Assembly (NCBI GenBank): GCA_022841905.1
Contig: JALHQO010000003.1
Location: 44,236-108,235 of the forward strand
Direction: 5' to 3'
DNA from: Hyphomonadaceae bacterium
Lineage (GTDB): Bacteria > Pseudomonadota > Alphaproteobacteria > Caulobacterales > Aquidulcibacteraceae
Length of the DNA stretch: 64,000 nt
Shown: positions 44,370 through 54,207 of the stretch, piece after piece
Position numbering within the stretch: the stretch's first letter is position 1
Layout: each line of letters begins with the position of its first letter
The notes under the pieces: model-generated
What the model was told of the DNA's origin: nothing
The model's database searches: none
What the model saw: the letters and a program-made list of their open reading frames with translations, nothing else
Program-made: the position numbers and the translations under genes

Positions 44370-44452
44370 CCACGTCGCAGGCGCGCCCCACGCGCGCCGC
44401 ATTGATTGGGGAGCCTTCTCCTCCATATGATCATGCGAGGAGTTCGACCGAG

Positions 44453-44713
44453 ATGACCGCAAACGCCGCCGACTTTGGCTCCGCCGCCCTGAGCGCGTTC
44501 ATGCGCGCGGTCGGGCTCATGGTGCTGGCGGTCGGCGCGGCGCTGGCGCTCGTGTTTGCGTTCGCCGCCGCAGCTGTTGTCGGCGTCATGGTGGCGGGTG
44601 CAGCGCTCGCTATTCGCCTCTGGCCGCGCCGCCGCGCTGTGGTCGGCGCCGATGGCGTGCTCGAAGCGCGGCAAACGCCCAATGGCTGGGTCGTCGAGAC
44701 CAGCCGCAAGTAA
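44453..44713 (+). CDS. hypothetical small membrane protein
   Basis: 86 aa from MTANAADFG with two hydrophobic helices. Start uncertain. Confidence 0.35.
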   Translation: MTANAADFGSAALSAFMRAVGLMVLAVGAALALVFAFAAAAVVGVMVAGAALAIRLWPRRRAVVGADGVLEARQTPNGWVVETSRK

Positions 44714-44748
44714 CGACTTCGGGGCGAGAGTCGCTCTATAAGAGCGCC

Positions 44749-45522
44749 GTGACCGAAGCTTACATCAATCGCCCATCGCCGAACTTCGACGCGCGCACGC
44801 GTCCGATCGACCTGATCGTGCTGCACTACACAGGTATGCAAGACGCTGAGACGGCGATCGCGCGCCTCACCGATCCCGCACCCGTCGCCGGCAAGTATCC
44901 CGGGCCTTGGCAAAGCGAAGACGTGTTGCCCGATGCGGCGCTCTCGCGCGTGAGCGCGCACTACGTCGTCGATGAAGCCGGCAAGATCTACAGCCTAGTG
45001 CCGGAAGAGCATCGCGCATGGCACGCCGGCGCATCGAGCTGGGAAGGCGAGGGCGATGTCAACGCGCGCGCCATCGGCATCGAGATCGTCAATGGCGGCC
45101 ACGATTTCGGCTTGCCGGCTTTCGCCGACGCGCAGATCGATGCGGTGATCCAGCTGCTCAAGGATATTTTCGAGCGTTGGCCCGAACTCAACGCCAAACG
45201 CGTTGTCGGCCATTCCGATGTCGCGCCCGAGCGCAAAGCCGATCCCGGAGAGAAATTTCCGTGGAAACGCTTGGCCGATGCAGGCGTGTCGATCTGGCCC
45301 GAACATGTCGCCACGCAACTCGACGGCGACGACATTGCCTCGGACATCCAGCTGCAACTCGGCGCTATCGGCTATGACGTGAAGCAGACGGGCGCGATGG
45401 ATAATTCCACCAAAGCCGCCCTCGTCGCCTTCCAGCGCCGCTTCCGCCCGAGCGACATTAGCGGCAGCGCCGACGAAGAGACCCGTTTCTTGCTCGTCGC
45501 CGTCGCTCACGTGCTGGCCTAA
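44749..45522 (+). CDS. N-acetylmuramoyl-L-alanine amidase (amidase_2/AmpD-AmiD type) with C-terminal peptidoglycan-binding domain
   Basis: 257 aa with a GTG start. LIVLHYTGM, AWHAG and HSDVAP zinc/catalytic contexts. PG_binding_1-like tail (LGAIGYDV...TKAALVAFQRRF). Confidence 0.85.
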   Translation: MTEAYINRPSPNFDARTRPIDLIVLHYTGMQDAETAIARLTDPAPVAGKYPGPWQSEDVLPDAALSRVSAHYVVDEAGKIYSLVPEEHRAWHAGASSWEGEGDVNARAIGIEIVNGGHDFGLPAFADAQIDAVIQLLKDIFERWPELNAKRVVGHSDVAPERKADPGEKFPWKRLADAGVSIWPEHVATQLDGDDIASDIQLQLGAIGYDVKQTGAMDNSTKAALVAFQRRFRPSDISGSADEETRFLLVAVAHVLA

Positions 45523-45550
45523 GCCGAGCCGCTTCGCTACATAGGCCGCG

Positions 45551-45945
45551 CCAGTCGGCCGGACGGCCGCGAGCGCTACACTCGAAAGGGTGCGTTCGAG
45601 GAAAGTCCGGGCTCCACGCGGATACGGCGGCGGGTAACGCCCGCCGAGAGTGATCTTAGGGATAGCGCCACAGAGAATAGTCTGCCGAAAGCGTCTCGGT
45701 CGAAAGACCATGGACGCAGGCGATGGTGAAACGGTGGAGTAAGAGCCCACCGCCGCGACCGTAAGGAAGCGGGCACGGCAAGCCCCGCCGGGAGCAAGAC
45801 CGAATAGGAGCACGCGTCACGCAAGTGACAGGTCCGTCCGCGGATTGTGTTCGGGTTGGTCGCGAGAACCGTGTGGCGACACACGGTCCAGAGGAATGGT
45901 CGTCACCGCGCAAGCGGAACAGAACCCGGCTTACAGGCCGACTGG
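45551..45945 (+). ncRNA. rnpB: RNase P RNA, bacterial type A
   Basis: Conserved P4 strands GAGGAAAGTCCGGGCTCC (5') and ACAGAACCCGGCTTA (3'). GGTGAAACGGTGGAGTAAGAGCCCACC core. P1 pairing CCAGTCGGCC (45551-45560) with GGCCGACTGG (45936-45945). Confidence 0.95.
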
Positions 45946-46005
45946 CATTTGCTTTAACGCGCTACGGCGCTCTACGCTTTGGCGCGAGTAAGCGGAGGCG
46001 TGCGA

Positions 46006-46383
46006 ATGGATCGCATCAACGGCAAACCGGTGGCGTTCGTTTACACGACAGACCGCGAGCGGGCGGTCGCGTATTATCGCGACACGCTCGGGCTCACGCC
46101 GCAGGATCCTGATGATTTTGGCATGTACTTCGAGATGGGCGCCGCTCTCATGCGCTTGACCGTGATCCCCGACCACAAGCCGACCGCGCATCCGGTGCTG
46201 GGCTGGAGCGTGCCGGACATTGCCGCCACTGCCTCGACGCTGAAAGCGCGTGGCGTGAGGTTCGCGATCTACGAAGGCTGGGGTCAAGACGAACTTGGCA
46301 TTTGGACATCGCCCGATGGCGCATCGAAGATCGCCTTCTTCAGCGATCCGGACGGCAACGTGTTGGGCTTGTCACAAGGCTAA
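46006..46383 (+). CDS. VOC/glyoxalase-family protein
   Basis: 125 aa from MDRINGKPVAFVYTTDRERAVAYYRDTLGL. Ends with DPDGNVLGL, typical of the VOC fold. Confidence 0.7.
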   Translation: MDRINGKPVAFVYTTDRERAVAYYRDTLGLTPQDPDDFGMYFEMGAALMRLTVIPDHKPTAHPVLGWSVPDIAATASTLKARGVRFAIYEGWGQDELGIWTSPDGASKIAFFSDPDGNVLGLSQG

Positions 46384-47117
46384 CCCACAGCCCGCCGTGT
46401 AAAGCTCACTTCCACGTCCGTGATCTCGCGGCTCGCGTCCAGCGTCGCGGTGAAGCCTTCGCTGCGTTCGCCTTGCATTTCGCCTACCGCTGGCGCCAGC
46501 ACCACTTCGCCGCAAACGTCGCCATTGGCGTCGCGCAGGCACACGGCGATGTTCGGTACGGCGCGCGGCGCTACGGTGCGGCCGCGCAGATCGGCGACGA
46601 TGGTGATGCTCCTGCCATCGGCGGCGACATCGGCGCGGATATTGTCGAGCGAAAAGGCGGCGCGCTCTTCATCGCTAATCGGCTCCGACGCGACGAACTC
46701 CGCCGCCGCCAGAGCGCGCGTGACTTGGTGATAGCGCGGCGTCTCCTTGGCCGGCGCACTGCGCTGGCGCAGGCCGCGCAGCAGCTCACGCCAGCGCAGA
46801 GCGTCCGCCGCCATGTAGTTTGAAAGCTCGCCGACATCGGTCTGGCGTGTGAACACTTGCGCGGCGAGGCCGTCGAAGAAGGCGAGCACTTTCGCAAGCT
46901 CGCTTTCGCCAGCCACAGCTGAATCGCCCGCCGCCAGCGCGTAGCCCCCGAGCAGCACCTGCTCGCCCGCGATGCGCGCTTCCGCCAGTTCGAGCCAGGT
47001 GCGGTAGATTTCCTCAGGCTTGGCCCCCTTGGCGCGGCCTGCCTGGATGACGATTGCCGGCGGCTGGCCGGCGCCCGCGCCGCCGCCCAATCCCGTTCCG
47101 TCCCCCTGCATGCCCAC
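46380..47117 (-). CDS. hypothetical protein (C-terminal DUF3426-like beta-rich region?)
   Basis: 245 aa with balanced composition, unlike the Arg-rich alternative frame. Divergent from rsmH. The family guess is weak. Confidence 0.45.
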   Translation of the reverse strand: MGMQGDGTGLGGGAGAGQPPAIVIQAGRAKGAKPEEIYRTWLELAEARIAGEQVLLGGYALAAGDSAVAGESELAKVLAFFDGLAAQVFTRQTDVGELSNYMAADALRWRELLRGLRQRSAPAKETPRYHQVTRALAAAEFVASEPISDEERAAFSLDNIRADVAADGRSITIVADLRGRTVAPRAVPNIAVCLRDANGDVCGEVVLAPAVGEMQGERSEGFTATLDASREITDVEVSFTRRAVG

Positions 47118-47214
47118 CCCAATGTTGCCTGACCGGGACGATTAGCTGATTCTTCACGCTTACGGGCAGGGAACGCGACGCCGTTGCGCCGGACTCGTTG
47201 TAACGTCCCCCGGA

Positions 47215-48192
47215 ATGTCGCACGCGCCGGTACTTTTAGCTGAAGCCATGGACGCGCTCGCTCTGCGGGATGGGGGCGTTTACGTCGACGCCACCTTCGG
47301 CGGCGGCGGCTATTCCCGCGAAATGCTGGGCCGGGCCGATTGCCGGGTGATCGCCTACGACCGCGATCCGGACGCAATCGCGCGCGGGGTCGAACTTTCG
47401 CAGTCAGCGAAAGGTAAATTCACGCTTCATCAAGGCCGCTTTGGCGATCTGGCGTTGGAAGAGCCGGTGGACGGCGTCGTCTTCGATCTCGGCGTCTCGT
47501 CATTCCAGCTCGACGAGGCCGAGCGCGGCTTTTCGTTTCAGACCGATGCGGACTTGGACATGCGGATGGAGAAGGAAGGCTTGAGCGCCGCCGACGCCGT
47601 GAACCGGCTCAGCGAACCCGCGCTCGCCGATCTGATCTATCGCTACGGCGAAGACGACGAGAGCCGCCGCATCGCCCGCGCCATCGTCCAGGCCCGCGCC
47701 CTGGCGCCGATCACGCGCACGTTGGCGTTCGCGAAACTGGTGGAGGATTCCGTAGGCGGCCGTCGCGGCGCGCGCACGCATCCGGCGACGAAAACCTTTC
47801 AAGCACTGCGCATGCTGGTCAACGACGAATTGGGCGAACTGGCGCGCGGGCTCTCGGCGGCGGAGCGGGCGCTGAAGCCAGGCGGACGTCTTGTCGTCGT
47901 CTCGTTCCACTCGCTCGAAGACCGTATGGTGAAACACTTCATCACTGAGCGCGCCGATGCGCAGGGCCGTGGCTCGCGCTATGCTCCGGATCTGCCGCAG
48001 GAGCGCGCGCCCAGCTTTGTGCTCGATCGCAAACGCGCCACCGTCGCGAGCGACGCGGAGACGGCCGTCAATCCGCGTGCGCGCTCGGCCAGCCTGCGTT
48101 GGGCGACACGCACCGACGCGCCCGCATGGGACGACCTCGAACCGCCGGCGCTCGCGCCAAAAGCGGAGGCGGAATGGCAAAAGCTCAACTGA
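47215..48192 (+). CDS. rsmH: 16S rRNA (cytosine1402-N4)-methyltransferase
   Basis: 325 aa. HAPVLLAE, DATFGGGGYS, DLGVSSFQLD and SFHSLEDR motifs. Confidence 0.95.
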   Translation: MSHAPVLLAEAMDALALRDGGVYVDATFGGGGYSREMLGRADCRVIAYDRDPDAIARGVELSQSAKGKFTLHQGRFGDLALEEPVDGVVFDLGVSSFQLDEAERGFSFQTDADLDMRMEKEGLSAADAVNRLSEPALADLIYRYGEDDESRRIARAIVQARALAPITRTLAFAKLVEDSVGGRRGARTHPATKTFQALRMLVNDELGELARGLSAAERALKPGGRLVVVSFHSLEDRMVKHFITERADAQGRGSRYAPDLPQERAPSFVLDRKRATVASDAETAVNPRARSASLRWATRTDAPAWDDLEPPALAPKAEAEWQKLN

Positions 48193-48497
48193 GACGCATT
48201 CTGCAGATCGCAGCGGCGTTGCTGGTCGTGGCGCTGGCGATTGGTTTGTATAAAGCCAAGACTGATGCCGCGCGCACCGAGGCGCGCGTGCGCGCGCTTC
48301 AACACCAGATCAGCGAAGGCGAATCTGATCTGCGGGTGCTACGCGCCGAGATCGCCGAACTCGAACGTCCCGAGCGGATTGAGACGCTAGCGGAGGATCG
48401 CCTCGGCGCTGTCGTCGGTAGCGAGAGCGCGGCCTTGCCGGAATCCGCCATCGGCCAGCGCTTACCCGCGCCACAAGCGCCGCCAGATCAAGAGTGA
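48174..48497 (+). CDS. ftsL: cell division protein FtsL-like
   Basis: 107 aa from MAKAQLRRILQIAAALLVVALAIGLY (single TM) followed by a coiled coil. Positioned between rsmH and ftsI. Confidence 0.7.
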   Translation: MAKAQLRRILQIAAALLVVALAIGLYKAKTDAARTEARVRALQHQISEGESDLRVLRAEIAELERPERIETLAEDRLGAVVGSESAALPESAIGQRLPAPQAPPDQE

Positions 48498-50131
48498 AGG
48501 CCTTCAATCCCGCAGCCGCGTTCATGCGCGCGCAGATGCCGGAGCTGCCGGCGGAAGCCGCACCGGCGCGCAATCGCGTGCGCATGCTCGCGCTTGGCGT
48601 CTTCGCGGTGCTATTGTTGCTTGCCGGCCGCGCTGTGCAACTGGCGTTCTCCGGCGATCCGCTTGCCGAGCCGCGCGGCGCCGTCATTGCCGCCATTCCG
48701 CGCGCTGACATCGTCGATCGCAACGGCGTCCTGCTCGCCACCACCGTGCGCGCGTTTGCGCTGACCGCCGAACCGCACCGGGTCTGGAACGCGGAAGAAA
48801 CGGCCGATGCGCTGCGCGGCGCTTTCCGCGATCTCGATCGCGCGACGTTGGTGCGCCGTCTCAATGATCGCTCGCGTCGTCTCGTCTATTTGCGCCGCAG
48901 CCTGACGCCTGAACAGCGCGACGAAGTCATGGCGCTTGGGCTTGCCGGCATCGGCTTTCAGGCGGAGGACCGCCGCGTCTATCCGCAAGGCGACCTCGCC
49001 GCGCATACGCTGGGCTTTACCGACGTCGATCTCAATCCGCTTTCCGGTGTCGAGCGCGGGCTCGACGCGGAAATTCGCGAAGCCGGGCAAGCGGGGCGAT
49101 CTGTCCGGCTCTCGCTCGACGTGCGCATGCAATATGCGCTCGAAACCGAACTCGAAGCCGCGGCGCGCGCCTCGGGCGCTTCGGGCGCGTCGGCCATTTT
49201 GCTCGATGGACGCAGCGGCGAAGTGTTCGCGCTCGCCTCGTGGCCGACCTACGACGCGAACGCCGCAGGCGCGGCCAGCGAGCATGCGCGCCGCGACCGC
49301 GTCGCCGGCGATCTGCACGAACTCGGCTCCACCATCAAACCCTTCACCATCGCCATGGCGCTGGAAGAAGAGGTGACCAATAGCGGCGAACTCTTCGATC
49401 TCACCCAAGCGTTCGAGATCGACAATTCCGTGATCCAGGATCACGAGCCAATCGAAGGCCTCGCCAGCTTGCGCGATATTCTCGCGCATTCCTCCAATAT
49501 CGGCGCCGCGCGCTTGGCGCTTCGTCTCGGCGGCGCGCGTCAACGCGCCTATCTCGAACGCCTCGGCCTCACCGCGCCGTCGTCGCTCGAACTCGGCCGC
49601 AACCAGGCGCCGCTTGCGCCGCAAGCGCGCGGGCGCCGCGATGTCGCCGGGCTCGGCTTCGGCTACGGCTTGGCGGCCACGCAATCGACGCTCGCCGGCG
49701 CCTACACCGTGTTCACGAACCAAGGCGCGCGCGTCGCACCCACGCTCGTCGCCCGCGGGCCCGATGCCGAGGTCGAGCGCACGCCGGTGTTCTCAGCCGA
49801 GGTGACGCGCCAGCTCATGGCCTACATGCGCGCCACCGTCACCGATGGGACCGGACGCGCCGCCGACGTTCCCGGCCTCATAGTCGCCGGCAAAACCGGC
49901 ACCGCCGAACTCTTCCAGGGCGCGGCCGGCTACGACGAAAGCCGCAATTTTTCCTCTTTCGCAGGCGTATTTCCGGCCAACGATCCACGTTATGTGATCG
50001 TCGTTGCGCTCGACGACGTGGGCGAGGGCGCGGTCGGCGGCGCCATCGCTGCACCCGCGGTTGCACGCACCTTGCGGCGGATCGCGCCGATGCTCGGTTT
50101 GCGTGTGGAGCCCCGCGCGCCGGCGCGCTAG
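48494..50131 (+). CDS. ftsI: peptidoglycan D,D-transpeptidase FtsI (PBP3)
   Basis: 545 aa. SxxK (GSTIKPF), SxN (HSSNIG) and KTG (GKTGTA) motifs. GTGA overlap with ftsL. Confidence 0.92.
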   Translation: MKAFNPAAAFMRAQMPELPAEAAPARNRVRMLALGVFAVLLLLAGRAVQLAFSGDPLAEPRGAVIAAIPRADIVDRNGVLLATTVRAFALTAEPHRVWNAEETADALRGAFRDLDRATLVRRLNDRSRRLVYLRRSLTPEQRDEVMALGLAGIGFQAEDRRVYPQGDLAAHTLGFTDVDLNPLSGVERGLDAEIREAGQAGRSVRLSLDVRMQYALETELEAAARASGASGASAILLDGRSGEVFALASWPTYDANAAGAASEHARRDRVAGDLHELGSTIKPFTIAMALEEEVTNSGELFDLTQAFEIDNSVIQDHEPIEGLASLRDILAHSSNIGAARLALRLGGARQRAYLERLGLTAPSSLELGRNQAPLAPQARGRRDVAGLGFGYGLAATQSTLAGAYTVFTNQGARVAPTLVARGPDAEVERTPVFSAEVTRQLMAYMRATVTDGTGRAADVPGLIVAGKTGTAELFQGAAGYDESRNFSSFAGVFPANDPRYVIVVALDDVGEGAVGGAIAAPAVARTLRRIAPMLGLRVEPRAPAR

Positions 50132-50140
50132 GGAGAGGGC

Positions 50141-51601
50141 ATGAAGCTCGGCGACTTGTTCCAAAGCGGCGTTCCGGAGAACGCGCGCGATCTCGACATC
50201 GCCGGCCTCACCGCCGATTCACGCCAAGTGAAACCAGGCTTTCTGTTCGCAGCGCTTGCGGGCGTTGCCGCACACGGGCGCGACTTCGTTGCGCAAGCCA
50301 AAGCAAATGGCGCGGTTGCCGTTTTGAGCGCGGGCGATCTGGGCGCCGATCCCGGCGTTGCACACGTTGTCAGTGAAAATGCTCGCCGCGCTTTCGCGTT
50401 GGCGGCTTCAGCTTTCTATCCGGTGCGACCGCAAACGATCGTCGCCGTAACCGGCACCAACGGCAAAAGCTCCACCGTCGATTTCCTACGCCAGATCTGG
50501 GCGCATGCTGGAAAGAACGCCGCAAGCCTCGGCACGCTCGGCGCGATTGCCCCAAGCGGCGTCATCGATCTCGGCCACACCACGCCCGACCCCGCCGCCA
50601 TTCACGCTACTCTTTCGCGCCTCGCGCACGACGGCGTCACGCATCTGGCGATGGAAGCGTCCAGCCACGGCCTCGTGCAACACCGTGTCGATGGCATTCG
50701 CTTTCAAGCCGCCGCGTTCTTGAACCTGACGCAAGATCACCTCGACTATCACCATACAATGGACGCGTATCGCGACGCCAAGTTGCGCCTCTGGCCGTTG
50801 CTAGATGCGGATGCAGACGCCACTGCTGTCATCAATGCTGACTCTCCATATGGCGTGGATTTTGAGCGCGCGGCACGCGCTGATGGACTTGTTGTTCTTG
50901 AAACCGGCTGGCGCGCTGGCGAATACGGCCTGAAGATCATCGAGATTCAGCCGAGGCCGAATGCGCAGACATTGACGCTGCGTTGGGCAACCGCACTTTC
51001 TCCTTCGAAAGAGTATAAAGTCGAGCTGCCGCTGATCGGCGAATTCCAAGCCATCAACGCCGTCACCGCCGCGACGCTTGCGCTCGCGCTTGGTGAAAAG
51101 CCGGAAACTGTGTTTGCGGGCATGGCGACGCTGCAGCCTGTGAAGGGTCGCATGGAGCATGTCGGCCAAAGCAAGAGCGGCGGCCATGTGTTTGTCGATT
51201 ATGCGCACACGCCCGACGGTCTCGACGTTCTGCTGCGCGCGGCGCGCCCGCATGCGCCGGGGCGAATCATCGCGGTGTTCGGCTGCGGCGGCGATCGCGA
51301 CACCGACAAGCGCCCGAAGATGGGCGCCATCGCCGCGCGTCACGCCGACATCGCCATCGTCACCGACGACAATCCGCGCAGCGAAGAACCGAGCGCTATC
51401 CGCGCGCAGATTCTGAAAGCGGCGCCGAACGCGATCGAAATCGGCGACCGTGCGCAAGCTATCCGCGAAGCCATCGCCCTGATGAAGCCTGGCGACGCCG
51501 TGCTCATCGCCGGCAAAGGTCACGAAACCGGACAAATCATCAAAGGCGTCACGCATCCGTTCTCGGATCAGGATGTGGCGCGCGGCGTGTTGGAGAGCTG
51601 A
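50141..51601 (+). CDS. murE: UDP-N-acetylmuramoyl-L-alanyl-D-glutamate--2,6-diaminopimelate ligase
   Basis: 486 aa. P-loop VTGTNGKSST and a DNPR motif (VTDDNPRSE) typical of DAP-adding MurE. Confidence 0.95.
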   Translation: MKLGDLFQSGVPENARDLDIAGLTADSRQVKPGFLFAALAGVAAHGRDFVAQAKANGAVAVLSAGDLGADPGVAHVVSENARRAFALAASAFYPVRPQTIVAVTGTNGKSSTVDFLRQIWAHAGKNAASLGTLGAIAPSGVIDLGHTTPDPAAIHATLSRLAHDGVTHLAMEASSHGLVQHRVDGIRFQAAAFLNLTQDHLDYHHTMDAYRDAKLRLWPLLDADADATAVINADSPYGVDFERAARADGLVVLETGWRAGEYGLKIIEIQPRPNAQTLTLRWATALSPSKEYKVELPLIGEFQAINAVTAATLALALGEKPETVFAGMATLQPVKGRMEHVGQSKSGGHVFVDYAHTPDGLDVLLRAARPHAPGRIIAVFGCGGDRDTDKRPKMGAIAARHADIAIVTDDNPRSEEPSAIRAQILKAAPNAIEIGDRAQAIREAIALMKPGDAVLIAGKGHETGQIIKGVTHPFSDQDVARGVLES

Positions 51602-51605
51602 ACAC

Positions 51606-53012
51606 ATGAGCGAACTCTGGTCCGCAGAAGAAGCGCAAGCCGCCACCGGCGGGCGCCTCATCCAAGGCAGCGCTTGGTCGATCACCGGCGTCTCCATCGA
51701 CACGCGCACCTGCGAGCCGGGCGATCTTTTCGTTGCGCTGAAAGATGTGCGCGACGGCCACGATTTTCTCGCGCAAGCTTTCGTCTCCGGCGCGGCTGCG
51801 GCGCTCATCTCCGACGCGCGCAAGGCTGAAGATCTAGGCCCCGCACTTTGTGTGCCGGATGTGCTCGAGGGTTTACGCAAACTCGGCGAGGCGGCGCGTG
51901 ATCGCGCGCCAGCCAAGCGCATCGCCGTCACCGGCTCTGTCGGTAAGACGTCAACCAAAGAAGCGCTGGCGGTTTGCCTCTCCGCCAGCGGCGCCACGCA
52001 CCGCAGCGTGAAGAGCTACAATAACCATTGGGGCGTGCCGCTCACGCTTTCGAGAATGCCGCGAGAGAGCCAGTTCGCCGTGTTCGAGATCGGCATGAAC
52101 CATCGCGGTGAGATCCTGCCGCTGACGCAACTGGTGAAGCCGCACGCGGCGCTCGTCACCACGATCGCGCCGGCGCACGTCGAAAACCTCGGCTCGCTCG
52201 AAGCCGTCGCCGACGAGAAGGGCGATATCTATGCCGGCCTCGAACCAGGCGGCGCAGCGCTCGTGCCTGCCGATGCGCCGCACGCCGATCGTCTCATCGC
52301 CGCCGCCGAACGCAATGGCGCAACGCTGATCCGTTTCGGCCGCGGGCCGGAATGCGAAGCACGGCTGCTCAAGTTCGACATGGACGAGACCGGCTCTAAC
52401 GCCGAAGCGGAAATCCTCGGTCGTCTGATCAAGTATCGCGTCGGCGTCGAAGGCGCGCACTGGGCGCTGAACTCGGTTGCAGCGCTTGCCGCCGCCGATG
52501 TGGTCGGCGCTAATCTTGAAGCCGCGGCGCATGCGCTCGAGCATTTGCGCGCCTTCGACGGTCGCGGCGTCGCCACCCGCATCGAAGCGGCGTTTGGCGA
52601 CTTCATGCTTGTGGATGACGCCTACAACGCCAATCCCGCTTCGATGGCCGCTGCGTTTTCCACACTCGCAGCGCGCAAGCCTGTGGGCAACGGACGCCGC
52701 ATCGTGGCGCTTGGGGATATGTTGGAACTCGGCCCCGAAGAGCGCGCCTATCATGCCGGCCTTGCGCAGCCTCTGGAACAAGCTGGCGTCGATCTCGTCT
52801 TCGCCGCTGGGCCGCGCATGGCGGCACTCATGGAGGCGCTTCCCGCTTCGCGTCGCGGCGGCTATGCCGAAAGTGCGGACGCGCTGATTCCGGTCATTGC
52901 GCCTGCGCTACGAGCGGGCGACATCGTGCTCGTGAAGGGATCGAACGGCTCGAAGATGAGCCGAGTGGTTGCGGCGCTCAGCGCGCTCGCCGCCACACAA
53001 GGGGGGACGTGA
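51606..53012 (+). CDS. murF: UDP-N-acetylmuramoyl-tripeptide--D-alanyl-D-alanine ligase
   Basis: 468 aa from MSELWSAEEAQAATGGRL. P-loop VTGSVGKTSTKE. Confidence 0.95.
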   Translation: MSELWSAEEAQAATGGRLIQGSAWSITGVSIDTRTCEPGDLFVALKDVRDGHDFLAQAFVSGAAAALISDARKAEDLGPALCVPDVLEGLRKLGEAARDRAPAKRIAVTGSVGKTSTKEALAVCLSASGATHRSVKSYNNHWGVPLTLSRMPRESQFAVFEIGMNHRGEILPLTQLVKPHAALVTTIAPAHVENLGSLEAVADEKGDIYAGLEPGGAALVPADAPHADRLIAAAERNGATLIRFGRGPECEARLLKFDMDETGSNAEAEILGRLIKYRVGVEGAHWALNSVAALAAADVVGANLEAAAHALEHLRAFDGRGVATRIEAAFGDFMLVDDAYNANPASMAAAFSTLAARKPVGNGRRIVALGDMLELGPEERAYHAGLAQPLEQAGVDLVFAAGPRMAALMEALPASRRGGYAESADALIPVIAPALRAGDIVLVKGSNGSKMSRVVAALSALAATQGGT

Positions 53013-54158
53013 ATGCTTGAGCTCTTGGCGCAGTTCGTAGAGCGCTCGCAATTCTTCAACCTCTTCAACTACATCACCTTCCGCACTGGCGGCGCCATGT
53101 TCACCGCGATGATTTTCGCGTTTGCGTTTGGCGCGCCGTTCATTGCGTGGCTGCGCAAGAAGCAGGGCAAGGGCCAGCCGATCCGCGAAGACGGTCCGGC
53201 CGGCCATCTGCTCACCAAGAAGGGCACGCCGACCATGGGCGGGCTCATCATCCTCATTCCGCTGACGGTATCATCGCTGCTCTGGTCGGATCTCGATAAC
53301 CCGTATGTGTGGGCCGTGCTGGTTGTGACGCTTGGCTTTGGCGCCATCGGCTTTGTCGATGACTACGCCAAAGTCACCAAGCAGCATCACGGCGGGCTTT
53401 CGGCTAAACTGCGTTTGTTTTTCGAGTTTTCGATCGCGCTGGTGGCCGCACTCGCCATGCTCGCCGCCGAATGGGTGGCGACGACGCCGGGCCAAACACA
53501 CGACGTCATGGGCTTCATCAATGCGTTGATGGCCGGCGATCCGCTCACCGCCGTGGCGCTGCCGTTCGTGAACGGCTGGGGCATGCAATTGCTGATCTTC
53601 TACGTGCTGTTCGCGATGATCGTGATCGTCGGCTTCGGCAACGCTGTGAACCTCACGGACGGGCTCGATGGCCTCGCCATCGTGCCGGTGATGATCGCGG
53701 CGGGCACGTTCGGCGTCATCTGCTACCTGGTCGGCCGCGTCGATTATTCCGACTATCTCGGCATCCCGCATGTCTCCGGTGTCGCGGAACTGTCGACGGT
53801 GCTGGGTGCATTGCTCGGCGCTTCGCTCGGTTTCCTCTGGTACAACGCCCCGCCCGCGCGCGTATTTATGGGCGATACCGGCTCTCTGGCGCTTGGCGGT
53901 CTGCTTGGCGCCGTCGCGGTGGCGGCTAAGCACGAGATCGTTCTCGCCATCGTCGGCGGTCTGTTCGTGCTCGAAACGCTTTCGGTGATGCTGCAAGTGG
54001 CTGTGTACAAGCGCACGGGCAAACGTGTGTTCTTGATGGCGCCCATCCACCACCATTTCGAGAAGCTCGGCTGGCAAGAGCCGACGATCGTCATTCGATT
54101 CTGGATTATCGCCATGATTTTCGCGCTCGCGGGCCTCGCAACGCTGAAGTTGCGTTAA
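53013..54158 (+). CDS. mraY: phospho-N-acetylmuramoyl-pentapeptide transferase
   Basis: 381 aa. [13 protein letters not shown] and HHHFE motifs. Confidence 0.97.
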   Translation: MLELLAQFVERSQFFNLFNYITFRTGGAMFTAMIFAFAFGAPFIAWLRKKQGKGQPIREDGPAGHLLTKKGTPTMGGLIILIPLTVSSLLWSDLDNPYVWAVLVVTLGFGAIGFVDDYAKVTKQHHGGLSAKLRLFFEFSIALVAALAMLAAEWVATTPGQTHDVMGFINALMAGDPLTAVALPFVNGWGMQLLIFYVLFAMIVIVGFGNAVNLTDGLDGLAIVPVMIAAGTFGVICYLVGRVDYSDYLGIPHVSGVAELSTVLGALLGASLGFLWYNAPPARVFMGDTGSLALGGLLGAVAVAAKHEIVLAIVGGLFVLETLSVMLQVAVYKRTGKRVFLMAPIHHHFEKLGWQEPTIVIRFWIIAMIFALAGLATLKLR

Positions 54159-54207
54159 CGGGGCGAAGCAGCGCACACCCGCACGCTCACGTGTTGGAGG
54201 CGATCGG

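Noticed and set aside
44995-45913. ORFs of 272, 102 and 85 aa on the minus strand
   Set aside because: They run antisense through the amidase gene and straight across the RNase P RNA, whose conserved P4/P1 elements explain this sequence.
46380-47214. Looked for a degraded mraZ remnant upstream of rsmH
   Set aside because: No plus-strand frame gives MraZ-like sequence (no DxKGR or SpoVT-AbrB pattern). The interval is filled by a credible opposite-strand gene.
46571-47377. 268-aa minus-strand ORF spanning the rsmH start
   Set aside because: It is Arg-rich (RRRRWRRRKR-type runs). It overlaps both the better-composed 245-aa frame and the rsmH 5' end.
48611-49723. 370-aa minus-strand ORF
   Set aside because: It is antisense to ftsI (SxxK/SxN/KTG all present in the plus frame). 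Arg-rich shadow ORF.
50801-51997. 398-aa minus-strand ORF
   Set aside because: It is antisense to murE and murF. No motifs, and biased composition.
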